Shown: positions 49,408 to 60,695 of the stretch, piece by piece
Layout: each line of letters starts with the position of its first letter
Position numbering within the stretch: the stretch's first letter is position 1
Origin: Alphaproteobacteria bacterium
Lineage (GTDB): Bacteria > Pseudomonadota > Alphaproteobacteria > MPNO01 > UBA830
Assembly (NCBI GenBank): GCA_038146925.1
Contig: JAYQSP010000007.1
Location: forward strand, 18,980 to 82,979
Direction: 5' to 3'
DNA: 64,000 nucleotides
The notes under the pieces: model-generated
Database searches by the model: none
Told to the model about the DNA's origin: nothing
The model's input: only the letters and a program-made list of their open reading frames with translations
Program-made: the position numbers and the translations under genes

Positions 49408-50109
49408 GTGCCGTATTTCATTCTCGGAATAGCCATTCTGATCGGCATCTTCCTTGTCGTGCGTGGCCTGCGGAAAACCAACCCGAAGAACATCCAGGGC
49501 GTGCTGGTGGTGCTGACCGGTCTGGTCGCCGCGGCCATCCTTCTTTTTCTGGTCACGAGCGGGCGTATCGGGCCGTTCGGCTGGCTACTGTTCCTGCTGC
49601 CGCTTTTGCTTCGCTGGCGTGCGATCAGGCAGACGCTCGGCAATCTGCGCGGACCTACGCCGGGCAAGAACTCGGACATCGAAACCGCTTATCTTCGGAT
49701 GACGCTGGAACACGATACGGGCGTACTGCGCGGCACGGTGCTGCAAGGGCGGTTCGAGGGCCGCCTGTTGCAGGACATGCCGGTCGAAGACATTGTGGCG
49801 CTGCTGCATGAATGCCGGGTCAACGATCCGCAATCCGCCGACGTGCTGGAAACCTATCTGGACCGCGTCCATGGTGCCGAATGGCGGAACGCATCGGGGG
49901 ACGGGGGCGAAAACACGGCGGCCGGCGACGGCTCGATGACCGCCGCGCAGGCGTATGAAGTTCTCGGACTGCAGCCCGGTGCAACCGACGACGAAATTCG
50001 CGAAGCGCACCGGACCCTGCTGAAATCCAACCACCCCGACCGGGGCGGATCGACCTGGCTGGCGGCGCAGATCAACCGCGCCAAGGACCTGCTGCTCCCC
50101 AACGGCTGA
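49408..50109 (+). CDS. DjlA-like membrane J-domain protein
   Basis: Two to three N-terminal TM helices; C-terminal J domain with HPD (LKSNHPDRGGS). Confidence 0.75.
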   Translation: MPYFILGIAILIGIFLVVRGLRKTNPKNIQGVLVVLTGLVAAAILLFLVTSGRIGPFGWLLFLLPLLLRWRAIRQTLGNLRGPTPGKNSDIETAYLRMTLEHDTGVLRGTVLQGRFEGRLLQDMPVEDIVALLHECRVNDPQSADVLETYLDRVHGAEWRNASGDGGENTAAGDGSMTAAQAYEVLGLQPGATDDEIREAHRTLLKSNHPDRGGSTWLAAQINRAKDLLLPNG

Positions 50110-50222
50110 GTCGCTCTGCCGCTTGCATCCCAATATGCCCCGTGGCACAAAGCGGCGCATGGGTTTTCGCACCGCAACATCGCTTTCGCGCTGTCGCTGC
50201 TGGTAAGGACGGGAAAGTGTCC

Positions 50223-51107
50223 GTGGCACAACGAGTTAGAAAAGCGGTATTTCCCGTCGGCGGGCTCGGCACCCGGTTTTTACCGGCGACCAAGGCGATG
50301 CCCAAGGAAATGCTGCCCGTCGTCGATAAGCCTCTGATTCAGTACGCCGTGGAAGAAGCGCTCGCCGCCGGGATCGAGGAGATCATCTTCGTTACCGGAC
50401 GCGGCAAGGCGGCGATTGAGGATTTTTTCGACCACAGCTTCGAGCTCCGCCAGGTGCTGGGCGAACGCGGCAAGGAGGCCGAACTACACGCCATCGATAT
50501 TCCGGTGCTGGAACCGGGACGGGTCGCCTATACCCGCCAGCAGGATCCGATGGGACTGGGCCACGCGGTCTGGTGCGCGCGGGAGCTGGTCGGCGACGAG
50601 CCGTTCGCCGTATTGCTCGCCGACGATCTGGTCATGGCGGACGACCCATGTCTGAAACAGATGATCGACGTGTACCAGCAAACCGGCGGCAGTGTGGTCG
50701 CGGTGGAGGACGTACCGAAGGAGCACACCAACCGCTACGGCATCCTGGAGGTCGCATCCGACGACGGGCGTCTGGTGGAAGTCGTGGGCATGGTCGAAAA
50801 ACCGGACCCGAAAGACGCGCCGTCGACGCTCAGCATTATCGGGAGATACATACTGCAGCCGGAAGTTTTCGGCTTTCTCGAAGAAAAGAAAAGAGGGACC
50901 GGCGGCGAAATCCAGCTGACGGATTCGATGGCCCGCATGATCGGCAATGCGCCGTTTCACGGCCTGCGTTTCGAGGGGACGCGGTTCGATTGCGGCGACA
51001 AGGCGGGTTTCTTCGAAGCCAATGTCGCCTTTGCGCTGGCGCGTCCCGATCTCCGGGACCAGGTTCAGGAAGTGATAGACAGATACGCGGCCGGACCGGA
51101 CCGCTAA
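50223..51107 (+). CDS. galU: UTP--glucose-1-phosphate uridylyltransferase
   Basis: KAVFPVGGLGTRFLPATKAMPKEMLPV canonical GalU N-terminus; alternative GTG at 50217. Confidence 0.9.
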   Translation: MAQRVRKAVFPVGGLGTRFLPATKAMPKEMLPVVDKPLIQYAVEEALAAGIEEIIFVTGRGKAAIEDFFDHSFELRQVLGERGKEAELHAIDIPVLEPGRVAYTRQQDPMGLGHAVWCARELVGDEPFAVLLADDLVMADDPCLKQMIDVYQQTGGSVVAVEDVPKEHTNRYGILEVASDDGRLVEVVGMVEKPDPKDAPSTLSIIGRYILQPEVFGFLEEKKRGTGGEIQLTDSMARMIGNAPFHGLRFEGTRFDCGDKAGFFEANVAFALARPDLRDQVQEVIDRYAAGPDR

Positions 51108-51120
51108 GACGGAGTACGTA

Positions 51121-52443
51121 ATGCGAATTGCCATGATCGGGACCGGCTATGTTGGTCTGGTGTCCGGCGCCTGTTTTTCCGAATTCGGCACCGAAGTGGT
51201 GTGCGTCGACAAGGACGCGGGCAAGATCGAACGCCTTCTGGACGGTATTATGCCCATCTACGAACCGGGGCTCGACGCTCTGGTCGAAAAAAACGTCGCC
51301 GCCGGAAGGTTGAGTTTCACGACCGATCTCGATGCGGCCGTGAAAAGCGCCGATGCGGTCTTCATCGCGGTCGGCACGCCGACGCGGCGCGGCGACGGTC
51401 ATGCCGATCTGTCCTACGTTTATGCTGCCGCCGAGGAAATCGGCAGGGCGATCGACGGCTATACCGTCGTGGTGACCAAATCCACGGTTCCGGTGGGCAC
51501 CGGGCGCGAGGTTCACCGGATTCTCAGCGATATCCGCTCGGCCGACGAATTCGACGTTGCGTCCAACCCGGAATTCCTGCGCGAAGGGTCCGCGATCGAG
51601 GATTTCATGCGTCCCGACCGGGTTGTTATCGGCACGGATTCCGAACAGGCGTCCGAAGTGCTGCGCCAGCTTTACCGGCCGCTCTATCTGATGGAAACAC
51701 CGATCCTGTTCACCAGGATCGAAACCGCCGAGCTGATTAAATACGCGGCAAACACATTCCTCGCCGCAAAAATCACGTTCATCAACGAGATCGCCAATCT
51801 GTGCGAAAAGGTCGGCGCCAATGTGCAGGAAGTGGCGCGCGGCATCGGTCTCGACGGGCGTATCGGCAGCAAGTTCCTGCATGCCGGCCCGGGGTATGGC
51901 GGCTCCTGCTTTCCGAAGGACACGCTGGCCCTGGTGCAGACAGCGAGGGATTTCGACGCGCCGCTGAAGATCATCGAGGCGGTGGTGCAGGTGAACGAGG
52001 AGCGCAAGCACCAGATGGCGGACAAGATCGTCGCCGCCTGCGGCGGGTCCGTCGACGGAAAAACCATCGCCGTCCTTGGACTGACCTTCAAGCCCAACAC
52101 CGACGACATGCGCGACAGCCCGAGCCTCGCCATTGTGCCGGCTCTCCAGAAAGCGGGTGCGACCGTCCGCGCGTTCGATCCGCAGGGCATGACGGAGGCG
52201 AAGGAAATGCTGCCGGGCACGGTGTTCTGCGACGATGCCTACGAGACCATGGAAGGCGCCGATGCGCTCGCGATCGTGACCGAGTGGAACGAATTCCGTC
52301 TGCTCGATCTTAAGCGCGCAAAGGGACTACTCACTCAGCCGCTGATGATCGACCTGCGTAATATTTACAAGGCCGACGAAATCATCAAAGCCGGGTTCGA
52401 CTATTACAGCGTCGGACGTGATCCGGTGCTCGCCGCTTCATGA
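51121..52443 (+). CDS. ugd: UDP-glucose 6-dehydrogenase
   Basis: [16 protein letters not shown]; catalytic GGSCFPKD. Confidence 0.9.
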   Translation: MRIAMIGTGYVGLVSGACFSEFGTEVVCVDKDAGKIERLLDGIMPIYEPGLDALVEKNVAAGRLSFTTDLDAAVKSADAVFIAVGTPTRRGDGHADLSYVYAAAEEIGRAIDGYTVVVTKSTVPVGTGREVHRILSDIRSADEFDVASNPEFLREGSAIEDFMRPDRVVIGTDSEQASEVLRQLYRPLYLMETPILFTRIETAELIKYAANTFLAAKITFINEIANLCEKVGANVQEVARGIGLDGRIGSKFLHAGPGYGGSCFPKDTLALVQTARDFDAPLKIIEAVVQVNEERKHQMADKIVAACGGSVDGKTIAVLGLTFKPNTDDMRDSPSLAIVPALQKAGATVRAFDPQGMTEAKEMLPGTVFCDDAYETMEGADALAIVTEWNEFRLLDLKRAKGLLTQPLMIDLRNIYKADEIIKAGFDYYSVGRDPVLAAS

Positions 52444-53828
52444 GCCGGGGAAGCGCGCATACGTTCGACGCCACGATCCTCCGTGAATACGATATTCGCG
52501 GCATTGTCGGAGATACCCTGACAGCCGACGACGCCTATGCGATCGGCCGTGCCTTCGGGTCGGAGATCGCACGCATGGGCGGCGGCACCGTCTGCGTCGG
52601 ATACGATGGCCGGCTCAGTTCGCCCGAGATGGAGCAGGCCATCGTCGACGGTCTGAAGGACTGCGGGCTCGAAGCGGTCCGGGTCGGTCTCGGGCCGACG
52701 CCGATGCTCTATTTCGCCGTCAACGTGCTCGGCGCCGCCGGCGGGATCATGGTGTCAGGCTCGCACAATCCGCCGGACTATAACGGCTTCAAGATGATGC
52801 GCGGCGCCAAGCCGTTCTACGGCGACGATATCCTCAACCTCGGCCGGATCGCGGCGGCGGCGGACTATGCGTCCGGTGCGGGCAGCGACCGGGCGGAACC
52901 GATGCTCGACCGCTATGTCGAACGTATCCTGCAGGACTACCGCGACGGCCGCGATCTGAAGGTCGCCTGGGACGCCGGCAACGGCGCGGCGGGCGAAGCC
53001 ATGGTGCAGGTCGCGGCGCGACTGCCGGGCGAGCACATCCTGCTGAACGAACGGATCGACGGCAACTTTCCGGCGCATCATCCCGATCCGACGGTGGTCG
53101 AAAACCTGCAGCAGCTGCGCGATGTGGTGCTGACGCAGAACTGCGACCTCGGCATCGCCTTCGACGGCGACGGCGACCGCATCGGCGTCGTCGACAGCGA
53201 GGGCGAAATCCTCTGGGGAGATCAGCTGATGGTCGTCTGGGCTGCAGACGTGCTGGCGGCGAATCCCGGCGCGACCATCATCGCCGACGTGAAGGCGAGC
53301 CAGGTTCTGTTCGACCAGGTCGCGGAGATGGGCGGCAAGCCGCTGATGTGGCGCACGGGGCACTCGCTGATCAAGGCCAAGATGGCCGAGACCGGCGCGC
53401 TACTGTCGGGCGAGATGAGCGGCCATATCTTTTTCGCCGACCGCTATTTCGGCTACGACGACGCGCTCTACGCCGCGGTGCGGCTGCTGGCCTGCATGGC
53501 GAACCGCGACGATACGCTGGCCGATATACGGAAATCCCTGCCGCAGCTGCTGAACACGCCGGAACTGCGTTTTCCCTGTTCGGAGGAACGTAAATTCGCC
53601 GTGGTCGAGGAAGTTCGTGACCGGCTTGCGGCGTCCGGCGCCCAGGTGTCCGACATCGACGGCGTTCGGGTGCTGACCGACGACGGCTGGTGGCTGCTGC
53701 GGTCGTCGAACACGCAGGACGTGCTGGTCGCCCGCTGCGAGGCGGAAACGCAGGAAGGACTTGACCGGCTCAAATCCGCGCTTGTCGAACAGGTGCGCGC
53801 CAGCGGGATCGAACCGCCCGATTTCTGA
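52440..53828 (+). CDS. phosphomannomutase/phosphoglucomutase (AlgC/ManB family)
   Basis: Phosphoserine loop SGSHNPP; alpha-D-phosphohexomutase domains; ATGA overlap with ugd. Confidence 0.85.
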   Translation: MSRGSAHTFDATILREYDIRGIVGDTLTADDAYAIGRAFGSEIARMGGGTVCVGYDGRLSSPEMEQAIVDGLKDCGLEAVRVGLGPTPMLYFAVNVLGAAGGIMVSGSHNPPDYNGFKMMRGAKPFYGDDILNLGRIAAAADYASGAGSDRAEPMLDRYVERILQDYRDGRDLKVAWDAGNGAAGEAMVQVAARLPGEHILLNERIDGNFPAHHPDPTVVENLQQLRDVVLTQNCDLGIAFDGDGDRIGVVDSEGEILWGDQLMVVWAADVLAANPGATIIADVKASQVLFDQVAEMGGKPLMWRTGHSLIKAKMAETGALLSGEMSGHIFFADRYFGYDDALYAAVRLLACMANRDDTLADIRKSLPQLLNTPELRFPCSEERKFAVVEEVRDRLAASGAQVSDIDGVRVLTDDGWWLLRSSNTQDVLVARCEAETQEGLDRLKSALVEQVRASGIEPPDF

Positions 53829-53837
53829 TCGCCCTTC

Positions 53838-54257
53838 ATGCAGTCCGGCGACATCGGGACATATTTTTTCTACGGGACGCTGATCGATCCTGATATCCGC
53901 GCTGCCGTGCTTGGCAGGGCCGCGGCGGATCTGCTCGCTATCGACGACACGCTGAAAGGCTGGCGCGCCGTATTGGTGTCGGGGAAGACCTATCCGGTCA
54001 TCGTACCGTCCGCGCCGGACGAGGTCCGTGGAGTCCGGGTCGGTATAGCCGGGCCGTCGGCGCGTCGGCGGCTTTCCCATTTCGAGGGGCCGGAATACCG
54101 GGTTGCGACCCTGGTCCTGGGGTCCGGGGAAGAAGCGGAGGTCTTCATCGGATCGAAGCTAAGCCGGCCCGGCGTGCAGCGCTGGGATTTTCAGGCCTGG
54201 GAACGGAGGCACAAGGCCCGGTTTCTCGCCCGCATACGTTCGGCCGGCCGCGCCTGA
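53838..54257 (+). CDS. gamma-glutamylcyclotransferase/AIG2-like family protein
   Basis: YFFYGTL motif; 139 aa. Confidence 0.6.
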   Translation: MQSGDIGTYFFYGTLIDPDIRAAVLGRAAADLLAIDDTLKGWRAVLVSGKTYPVIVPSAPDEVRGVRVGIAGPSARRRLSHFEGPEYRVATLVLGSGEEAEVFIGSKLSRPGVQRWDFQAWERRHKARFLARIRSAGRA

Positions 54258-54280
54258 GACAGCCGCGGGAACGGATCAGG

Positions 54281-55516
54281 CTACGACCGCGGCCCCATCC
54301 AGATGACCATGCAGTCGATGTTGCGGCGCTTCAGCGACTTGCACGAAGTGCGCGCCTTGGATTCCGTCGGCACCAGTAGGCGGGCCTTGTAGATCTGCAG
54401 CCCGCGCCGCGTCTTGCTCTGCTGGCGCACGATGCGGAACTGATTGCCCAGCAGGCTGGGGAGCGCGCGCGCCGCCCGGTTGACCGCCAGATGGGCGGGG
54501 CCGTAGCGGTTATAGGCGCCGACCTGGATCGCCCAGCTCTGGACGCGGCCGGATGCAGCCGACAGGCGCGGCGAGGTTTTGCCGGATGCCGTGTTCCGCG
54601 GCTTGCCCACCGATCGGAATTGCGGCCGCACAGATGACTTCGCAGTCGGCTTCGGCCGCCCTGAATTATAGGCGATCACCTTCTGCTTGCCCGACGCCAC
54701 GACGACGTTGTTCAGCGTCGCGAAGCCCCGGTCGAGCAGGCGCGCGACCTGGCGGTCGCGGGTTTTGGAGGTCTTGCCGCCGAACACGATCGCGATAACC
54801 CGCTTGCCGCCGCGTTTCGCCGAGGCGACCAGATTGAAGCCCGATGCGCGGATATAACCGGTCTTGATGCCGTCCATGCCCTTGTAGCGTTTCATCAGAC
54901 GGTTGTGCGAGCGGTAGGTCCGGCCCTTGTAGGTGAATGTCTGGCGCGCGAAATGGTGATACATGTCGGCATGCTGATACAGCACCGCACGGGCGAGAAT
55001 CGCCATGTCTTCGGCGGTGCTCAACTGGCCGCGATTGGGCAGGCCGGAGGCGTTCTTGAAGGTCGTGTTCTTCATGCCGAGCGCGCGGGCGCGCCGGGTC
55101 ATCATGACCGCGAATTTGCGCTCGGTGCCGCCTATCGCTTCCGCGAGGACGGTCGCGACGTCATTGGCCGACTTCGTGACCAGCGCCTTGATGGCGTTGT
55201 CGACAGTGATTTTCTCGCCCCGGCGCAGCCCCAGTTTCGACGGCGAGCGCCCCTGGGCGACGCGCGAGACCGGCAGTTCCTGATGCATCAGAAGCGTGCC
55301 GTCCTTAAGCGCCTCGAAAGTCATGTAGAGCGTCATGATCTTGGTCAGCGACGCGGGATAGTTCTTGGTTTGCGCATTCAGCGACGTCAGGACGCGGCCG
55401 GTCTTGGCCTCGACGACGATATGAGCGTATTTGGCGAGCGCCTGTCCGGGGGTCGCGATCGATCCGGTCAGGAAGGCGGTAATGGCGAAAGTCAGGACTA
55501 CTAGCAGCCGAAACAA
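54281..55516 (-). CDS. D-alanyl-D-alanine carboxypeptidase (PBP5-type) with C-terminal SPOR domain
   Basis: Signal peptide; SLTK active-site motif; C-terminal WAIQVGAY...YKARL SPOR-like domain. Confidence 0.8.
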   Translation of the reverse strand: MFRLLVVLTFAITAFLTGSIATPGQALAKYAHIVVEAKTGRVLTSLNAQTKNYPASLTKIMTLYMTFEALKDGTLLMHQELPVSRVAQGRSPSKLGLRRGEKITVDNAIKALVTKSANDVATVLAEAIGGTERKFAVMMTRRARALGMKNTTFKNASGLPNRGQLSTAEDMAILARAVLYQHADMYHHFARQTFTYKGRTYRSHNRLMKRYKGMDGIKTGYIRASGFNLVASAKRGGKRVIAIVFGGKTSKTRDRQVARLLDRGFATLNNVVVASGKQKVIAYNSGRPKPTAKSSVRPQFRSVGKPRNTASGKTSPRLSAASGRVQSWAIQVGAYNRYGPAHLAVNRAARALPSLLGNQFRIVRQQSKTRRGLQIYKARLLVPTESKARTSCKSLKRRNIDCMVIWMGPRS

Positions 55517-55796
55517 GTTAATTCCCCGCTCCCTGTCGGTTCGAGTTCGTGATCTGGCTGCCCCGACCGGCGATACGGGGTGTTTCCCGCAGTCCGGATG
55601 CCTTGTTGCGTATGGATTCCGGCCTGATTGACTACCGGACTTTGTTATCCCATATCAATATCAACCTACTCAAACCGCAGACCCCTGTCCAATATGAACT
55701 GCCGCCATAAAGCTTTGGTTAACGAAAATTGACCGAAAATTTAGTCCCGGCGACCCGAACGGACCTGTTATCGTCTTCCGGAGAAAGGTCTGGATT

Positions 55797-56498
55797 GTGA
55801 AACGTGCACTGACCACCCTCGTCATAGCGGTCTTCGCGCTCGCCGGCTGCCAGTATGCCGGTCCTTCGGGCGATCCGTTCGAACGCAATTTGACCTGGTT
55901 CGACTATGTCGGCGCGGAGAACGTAAAGGCTGCCTGCGGGCCCGGCGCCTCCGACCGGCTGCGCTTCGTCTATAACGGTATTTACGACAGTCAGATCCGC
56001 ACCTACGACGTTCGCGCGCTGCCGGGCGGCCGGGGCGCGTCCCTGTCGGCCTGGTCGCGGGGAGACGGGGATCTGACCAAAGGGATCGAAATCACGAATC
56101 TCCTGTCTCCCTGGCAGGGCAAGCGGGTCGATTCCGTCATCGACCCTCAGACGCTGGCCAATCTGAAGGCCGCGCTGGCAGACGACCGTTTCACGGGCTT
56201 CAAGCCCGTCGGCCTGCGTTTGCCGTCGGACGAATTCTACTGGGTGGTGACCGGCTGCGTGAACGGCCGGTTTCACGCCAATGCCTGGCTATATCCGTCC
56301 GACAGGTACAAGTCATTGAAATTCCCTGCGATTTTGCTGGAGCAGGACAAAACGGGACTGGATTTCAAGCGCGCGGTGCCGGTTGGCAAACGGGACGACG
56401 ATCCCGGCCGACATGAGGGTGACCGCAATGTGTCGGATAGCGTCTTCTGGCTGCAGCTCGGTCCCAACGGCATTCGCAGCGCCCGGGGCCTGATCTGA
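55797..56498 (+). CDS. hypothetical lipoprotein
   Basis: Signal peptide with lipobox LAGC; 233 aa; GTG start with GGAGAAAGG RBS. Confidence 0.5.
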   Translation: MKRALTTLVIAVFALAGCQYAGPSGDPFERNLTWFDYVGAENVKAACGPGASDRLRFVYNGIYDSQIRTYDVRALPGGRGASLSAWSRGDGDLTKGIEITNLLSPWQGKRVDSVIDPQTLANLKAALADDRFTGFKPVGLRLPSDEFYWVVTGCVNGRFHANAWLYPSDRYKSLKFPAILLEQDKTGLDFKRAVPVGKRDDDPGRHEGDRNVSDSVFWLQLGPNGIRSARGLI

Positions 56499-56561
56499 AT
56501 GCCCGTTAACCATGTACCTGATTCCAGAGAAGTTGCTTTGATCCGCGTCCGGCGATCCCAT

Positions 56562-56963
56562 ATGATTGAGACAATGTTCGAACCTGGCATATTCCGATAC
56601 GCGGACCTCCCGCGCATGGAGGACAAGGACGACGACGACAATGTCGGCGGCGGCGGTGGCGACGGCGGTTCCGAGACCGGCGTGGTCGTCCGTACCAAGC
56701 CCAAGACCAAGAAACCGGCGATGTACAAGGTCATCATGCTGAATGACGACTACACGCCGATGGAATTCGTGATCCTGGTGCTGGAACGTTTCTTCAACAA
56801 GACCAGCGAAGAAGCCACCCGCATCATGCTGCACGTTCACCAGAAGGGTGTCGGCGTCTGCGGCGTCTTCACCTACGAGGTTGCCGAAACCAAGGTCCAG
56901 CAGGTGATGGATCTGGCCCGGCAGCATCAGCACCCGCTGCAATGTACTCTGGAAAAGGCCTGA
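56562..56963 (+). CDS. clpS: ATP-dependent Clp protease adaptor ClpS
   Basis: [16 protein letters not shown] ClpS core; acidic/Gly-rich N-terminal extension; immediately upstream of clpA. Confidence 0.9.
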   Translation: MIETMFEPGIFRYADLPRMEDKDDDDNVGGGGGDGGSETGVVVRTKPKTKKPAMYKVIMLNDDYTPMEFVILVLERFFNKTSEEATRIMLHVHQKGVGVCGVFTYEVAETKVQQVMDLARQHQHPLQCTLEKA

Positions 56964-56967
56964 CCGT

Positions 56968-59319
56968 ATGCTTTCACGCAACCTCGAAAAAAGCCTCCAC
57001 CGCGCTCTGGCGCAGGCGAACGACCGCAACCATGAATACGCGACGCTCGAACATCTGCTGATGGCGCTGACCGAAGACCAGGACGCCATCGCCGTGCTCA
57101 AGGCCTGCGGCGTCGATATCGACAAGCTGACGGATGACCTGAAAGGCTATCTCGACGACGAGCTGTCGAACCTGGTGGTCGACGGGCTTGACGATCCCAA
57201 GCCGACGGCCAGCTTCCAGCGGGTGGTGCAGCGCGCCGCCATTCACGTGCAGTCGTCCGGCCGTCAGGAAGTGACCGGCGCCAACGTGCTGGTCGCCATG
57301 TTCTCCGAACGCGAAAGCCACGCGGTCTACTATCTGCAGGAACAGGACATGTCCCGCTTCGATGCGGTGAACTATATCAGCCACGGCATCGCCAAGGTGC
57401 CGGGCCGGTCCGAGAACCGGTCCGTGCGCGGATCCGACGAAGAAGGGGGCGAAGACGAAGACGGCAACAAGAGCGCCGGCGAAGCGCTCGACACCTATTG
57501 CGTCAACCTCAACCAGAAGGCCGCCGACGGCAAGATCGACCCCCTCATCGGGCGCGAGGCCGAGATCGAACGCACAATCCAGGTGCTATGCCGCCGTACC
57601 AAGAACAACCCGCTTTATGTCGGCGATTCCGGCGTCGGCAAAACCGCCATCGCCGAAGGCCTTGCCAAGCGCATTCACGACGGCGACGTGCCGGAGGTCC
57701 TGAAGGGCGCCACCATCTTCTCGCTCGACATGGGCGCGCTGCTGGCGGGTACGCGTTATCGCGGCGATTTCGAGGAACGGCTGAAAGCGGTGGTTACCGA
57801 GCTGGAACAGCATGACGATGCCGTTCTGTTCATCGACGAGATCCACACCGTCATCGGCGCCGGCGCCACCAGCGGAGGCTCGATGGATGCCTCCAACCTG
57901 CTGAAACCCGCACTGCAGGGCGGCACGCTGAAATGCATCGGCTCGACCACCTACAAGGAATACCGGTCGTATTTCGAAAAGGACCGCGCGCTGGTGCGCC
58001 GGTTCCAGAAGATCGACGTGCCGGAGCCGAGCATCGAGGACGCGGTCAAGATCCTGCGCGGCCTGAAGCCGTATTACGAAAAGCATCACCGCGTGCGCTA
58101 CACCGCCGCCGCGCTGCGGACGGCGGTGGAACTCGCCGCCAAATACATCAACGACCGCAAGCTGCCGGACAAGGCCATCGACGTGATCGACGAGGTCGGC
58201 GCCGCCCAGATGCTGGTGCCGGAAAGCCGGCGCAAGAAGCTGATCACCGTCAAGGACGTCGAAGCCGTGGTCGCCAAGATCGCGCGCATCCCGCCGAAGA
58301 GCGTGTCGCGCTCCGACAAGGAATCCATGAAGACGCTGGATGCCGATCTGAAACGCGTCGTGTTCGGCCAGGACAAGGCCATCGACGCGCTGGCCTCCGC
58401 AATCAAACTGGCGCGCGCCGGCCTGCGCGAACCGGACAAGCCCATCGGCTCGTACCTGTTCTCCGGCCCGACCGGCGTCGGCAAGACCGAGGTCGCCCGC
58501 CAGCTCGCCCACACCATGGGGATTGAGCTGACGCGCTTTGACATGTCGGAATACATGGAACGCCATTCGGTCTCGCGTCTGATCGGCGCGCCGCCCGGCT
58601 ATGTCGGCTTCGACCAGGGCGGTCTGCTGACCGATGCGGTCGACCAGAACCCGCATTCCGTGCTGCTGCTCGACGAGATCGAGAAGGCGCATCCCGACGT
58701 GTTCAACATCCTGCTGCAGATCATGGATCACGGGCGGCTGACCGACCACAACGGCAAAAGCGTCGATTTCCGCAACGTTATCCTGATCATGACCACCAAT
58801 GCCGGTGCGTCCGACATGGCGAAACCCGCCATCGGCTTCGAACGCACGACCCGGGTGGGCGAGGACGAAGACGCGATCAAGCGCATGTTCACGCCCGAAT
58901 TCCGCAACCGGCTGGACGCGATCATCCCGTTTGCCAGCCTGCCCAGGGACGTCGTCATGCTGGTGGTGGACAAGTTCATCATGCAGCTCGAAGCCCAGCT
59001 CGACGACCGCAACGTCACCTTCGAGCTCACCGACGCGGCGCGCGACTGGCTGTGCCGCAAGGGCTACGACGAGGCGTACGGGGCGCGGCCGCTTTCCCGC
59101 GTCATCCAGGAAAACATCAAGAAACCGCTGGCCGACGAGATCCTGTTCGGCAAGCTCGCCAAGGGCGGCGTGGTGCAGGTCGACGTCAAGAAGGACGAAG
59201 ACAAGCTCTCGTTCGTCATCCAGGCCGCCCCGCCGAAAGGCAGCAAGGGCAAGGACCCGGACAGCGACCCGGACGAAGGGCCCGACGGCGACGACAAGAT
59301 CGAGGAGCTGGTGGAGTAG
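56968..59319 (+). CDS. clpA: ATP-dependent Clp protease ATP-binding subunit ClpA
   Basis: Two AAA+ modules ([16 protein letters not shown]); N-domain repeats; 783 aa. Confidence 0.95.
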   Translation: MLSRNLEKSLHRALAQANDRNHEYATLEHLLMALTEDQDAIAVLKACGVDIDKLTDDLKGYLDDELSNLVVDGLDDPKPTASFQRVVQRAAIHVQSSGRQEVTGANVLVAMFSERESHAVYYLQEQDMSRFDAVNYISHGIAKVPGRSENRSVRGSDEEGGEDEDGNKSAGEALDTYCVNLNQKAADGKIDPLIGREAEIERTIQVLCRRTKNNPLYVGDSGVGKTAIAEGLAKRIHDGDVPEVLKGATIFSLDMGALLAGTRYRGDFEERLKAVVTELEQHDDAVLFIDEIHTVIGAGATSGGSMDASNLLKPALQGGTLKCIGSTTYKEYRSYFEKDRALVRRFQKIDVPEPSIEDAVKILRGLKPYYEKHHRVRYTAAALRTAVELAAKYINDRKLPDKAIDVIDEVGAAQMLVPESRRKKLITVKDVEAVVAKIARIPPKSVSRSDKESMKTLDADLKRVVFGQDKAIDALASAIKLARAGLREPDKPIGSYLFSGPTGVGKTEVARQLAHTMGIELTRFDMSEYMERHSVSRLIGAPPGYVGFDQGGLLTDAVDQNPHSVLLLDEIEKAHPDVFNILLQIMDHGRLTDHNGKSVDFRNVILIMTTNAGASDMAKPAIGFERTTRVGEDEDAIKRMFTPEFRNRLDAIIPFASLPRDVVMLVVDKFIMQLEAQLDDRNVTFELTDAARDWLCRKGYDEAYGARPLSRVIQENIKKPLADEILFGKLAKGGVVQVDVKKDEDKLSFVIQAAPPKGSKGKDPDSDPDEGPDGDDKIEELVE

Positions 59320-59356
59320 GGAACGCTCTACCGTCGTCTTAGGCAGTTACATTAAT

Positions 59357-59380
59357 CCCGGCCAAAGTGCCGGGGTTTTT
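59357..59380 (+). terminator. rho-independent terminator after clpA
   Basis: CCCGGC-CAAAGT-GCCGGG followed by GTTTTT. Confidence 0.75.
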
Positions 59381-59779
59381 CCTGCACATAATAGAACCCC
59401 GTGGATTGGCAGTGATCTGCGTTTCCGGCTTTTACCGGGTTGATGGTCGGCTATTCGCGCAGAATTTCTGCCACAGAAGTTCGCTATTTGTTCTTATTCA
59501 TGTTAAGTTCGTGGAAGTGTTTAAGTTGCTGAATGTGTGTCGGCGAACGATCGGCCTGACCATGGGTGGTCAGGAAAGGGGGGTGAACGGCTTGCGACAT
59601 GAGGGCGATGTTGCCGCGCCTGTTTGGGCTGGGTCCCGCTTTGGCGGGTGTTCCGTTTCCCGGTATGCGGTGCGCCGGGTCGTCCTGTGCATGGGGTCGT
59701 TACGAGGTTTAGCGAAAGTGTGTCCCCGAAGGGCGGTTCGTTCGGGTGTATGGGGTTGAATTGAGGGTTTTCATAGAAG

Positions 59780-59809
59780 GTGTCATTCCCGCCTTCGCGG
59801 GAATGACAC
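59780..59809. repeat. 13-bp perfect inverted repeat GTGTCATTCCCGC-CTTC-GCGGGAATGACAC
   Basis: Located about 40 bp downstream of the minus-strand hydrolase gene; no U-tract, REP-like hairpin. Confidence 0.5.
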
Positions 59810-59846
59810 GCAAAGACGGCGGGGATGACGGTGGGAGGACGAAGCG

Positions 59847-60656
59847 CTAAACCCCCAGCACGAATTCCCAGATCGCGACGATGGCGGCTTTTGACGCCTC
59901 GGCCTCGGGGTCGGCGGTCACGAAGGTGTGCGGCATGCCGTCGAACTTTCGCACTTCGGCCGTGCCGCCCGTCGACCGGTACAGCGCGGCGAATTCGTCC
60001 TGCCAGGTGTGGTCGACATTGGCGTCGTCGGTGCCCTGGATGACGATCATCGGCGGCAGTTGGGTTGCCTCGCCGCGGTCGAGCAGGCGGTAGGGGTTGC
60101 CGGCGTCCATGTCGGCCTCGGTCGCAAAATAGGCGTCATGGGCGGCGACCAGGCGCTCGTTGCCGGCATCCTGCGCCATGCGATACCGGCGCAGCGGATC
60201 GAAGATCGGCCAGCCGGCGACGAAGAAGTCGAGACGGCTGTCGGCGTCGCGCAATTCCGGCGCGGCGGGCGTCCAGGCCGGGCCGTCCGGGCACAGCGCC
60301 ACGAGGCCGAGCTGCTGCGCGCCGCTGGACGATGCCAGCCCGCCGACGACAGAGGCGTCGATGCCGAGGGTCGTCGCGGCGTTGGCCTTGAACCAGCGCA
60401 CGCCGTAGGACACGTCCTGAACCGGGGCCGGGTATTGCGCCGCGTCGGACAGGCGGAAATCCAGCGCGAAGACGCCGATGCCGTGGGCCGCGAGATCTTC
60501 ATGAATGACGGCATTGTTCAGCCGGTCGCCGGAGCCCCACGCGCCGCCATGGACGTCGACCAGCCAGGTGCCGTTGGGCGCGTCGGGCCGGTACAGGCGG
60601 GCCTGCAAAGCGTGGCCGTCGATGGTGAGGTAGGGGATATCTTCGATGCTGGTCAT
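59847..60656 (-). CDS. alpha/beta hydrolase (esterase/lipase-like)
   Basis: HGGAW oxyanion motif; 269 aa. Confidence 0.7.
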   Translation of the reverse strand: MTSIEDIPYLTIDGHALQARLYRPDAPNGTWLVDVHGGAWGSGDRLNNAVIHEDLAAHGIGVFALDFRLSDAAQYPAPVQDVSYGVRWFKANAATTLGIDASVVGGLASSSGAQQLGLVALCPDGPAWTPAAPELRDADSRLDFFVAGWPIFDPLRRYRMAQDAGNERLVAAHDAYFATEADMDAGNPYRLLDRGEATQLPPMIVIQGTDDANVDHTWQDEFAALYRSTGGTAEVRKFDGMPHTFVTADPEAEASKAAIVAIWEFVLGV

Positions 60657-60695
60657 GGGCGGGGTCCGGGTTGGTGAGGAGCGATAACACTATCA

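Noticed and set aside
59381-59846. tmRNA, RNase P, SRP or 6S RNA in the gene-free region
   Set aside because: Looked by eye for hallmark motifs (T-arm GGTTCGAATCC plus tag ORF ending ...AA, RNase P AGGAAAGTCCGGGCTCC, SRP domain IV) and did not find them; kept only as a generic possible-sRNA finding
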